Source: a virus
Lineage: Duplodnaviria; Caudoviricetes
IMG/VR virus record: IMGVR_UViG_3300027772_001865
Location: 17,427 to 81,426 of that record
Length of the DNA stretch: 64,000 nucleotides
Strand: one strand, 5' to 3'
In this document: in pieces, positions 63,999 to 64,000 of the stretch
How the letters are laid out: every line of letters starts with the position of its first letter
How positions within the stretch are numbered: the first letter of the stretch is position 1
Program-made: the position numbers and the translations under genes
Notes under the pieces: model-generated
Databases searched by the model: none
Seen by the model: only the letters and a program-made list of their open reading frames with translations
Told to the model about the DNA's origin: nothing

Positions 63999-64000
63999 AT

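Noticed and set aside
1-64000. tRNA, rRNA, introns, inteins, homing endonucleases, integrase or IS elements
   Set aside because: By eye, no T-loop/cloverleaf in intergenic gaps and no HNH, GIY-YIG, LAGLIDADG, intein or transposase motifs. tRNAscan-SE and Infernal were not run.

Overview
This window looks like part of a large, T4-like (myovirus-type) bacteriophage genome, probably infecting a Betaproteobacterium. The host call is inference from the Bug receptor, AhpC/AhpD and PsiE. No capsid or terminase gene, tRNA, rRNA or CRISPR array was seen. All family calls come from motifs read by eye; no HMM or BLAST search was run. (1) 1-13.2 kb, + strand: late virion module with a 5'-truncated protein of at least 3229 aa containing FG-GAP-like blades, small structural genes, and a fibre with a peptidase-G2-type chaperone, preceded by TAAATA late-promoter motifs and closed by a terminator. 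(2) 13.3-43.9 kb: a gap-free biosynthetic cluster of about 30 kb in four blocks (+,-,+,-). It has 10 radical SAM genes (11 domains, 10 with an N-terminal twitch-like module), 4 GT-A-like and 4 GT-B/GT10-like proteins, a NodU/CmcH carbamoyltransferase coupled to a 33-aa micro-ORF, an amidinotransferase, a DegT aminotransferase lacking a canonical start codon, an NDP-sugar epimerase and a 1203-aa protein with 10 Trp/Pro-rich repeats. This is the best candidate for an undescribed system, probably making a heavily modified (amino, guanidino, carbamoyl) glycan for the virion or host surface. (3) 43.9-64 kb, - strand: early/auxiliary region with near-consensus sigma70 promoters. It encodes thyX, a MoxR ATPase/VWA pair, a Bug receptor behind a structured leader, 2OG-Fe(II)-like and PP-loop proteins, a phosphoesterase, an RNA polymerase omega homolog, a partial ADP-heptose pathway, AhpC/AhpD, a class II aldolase and PsiE.
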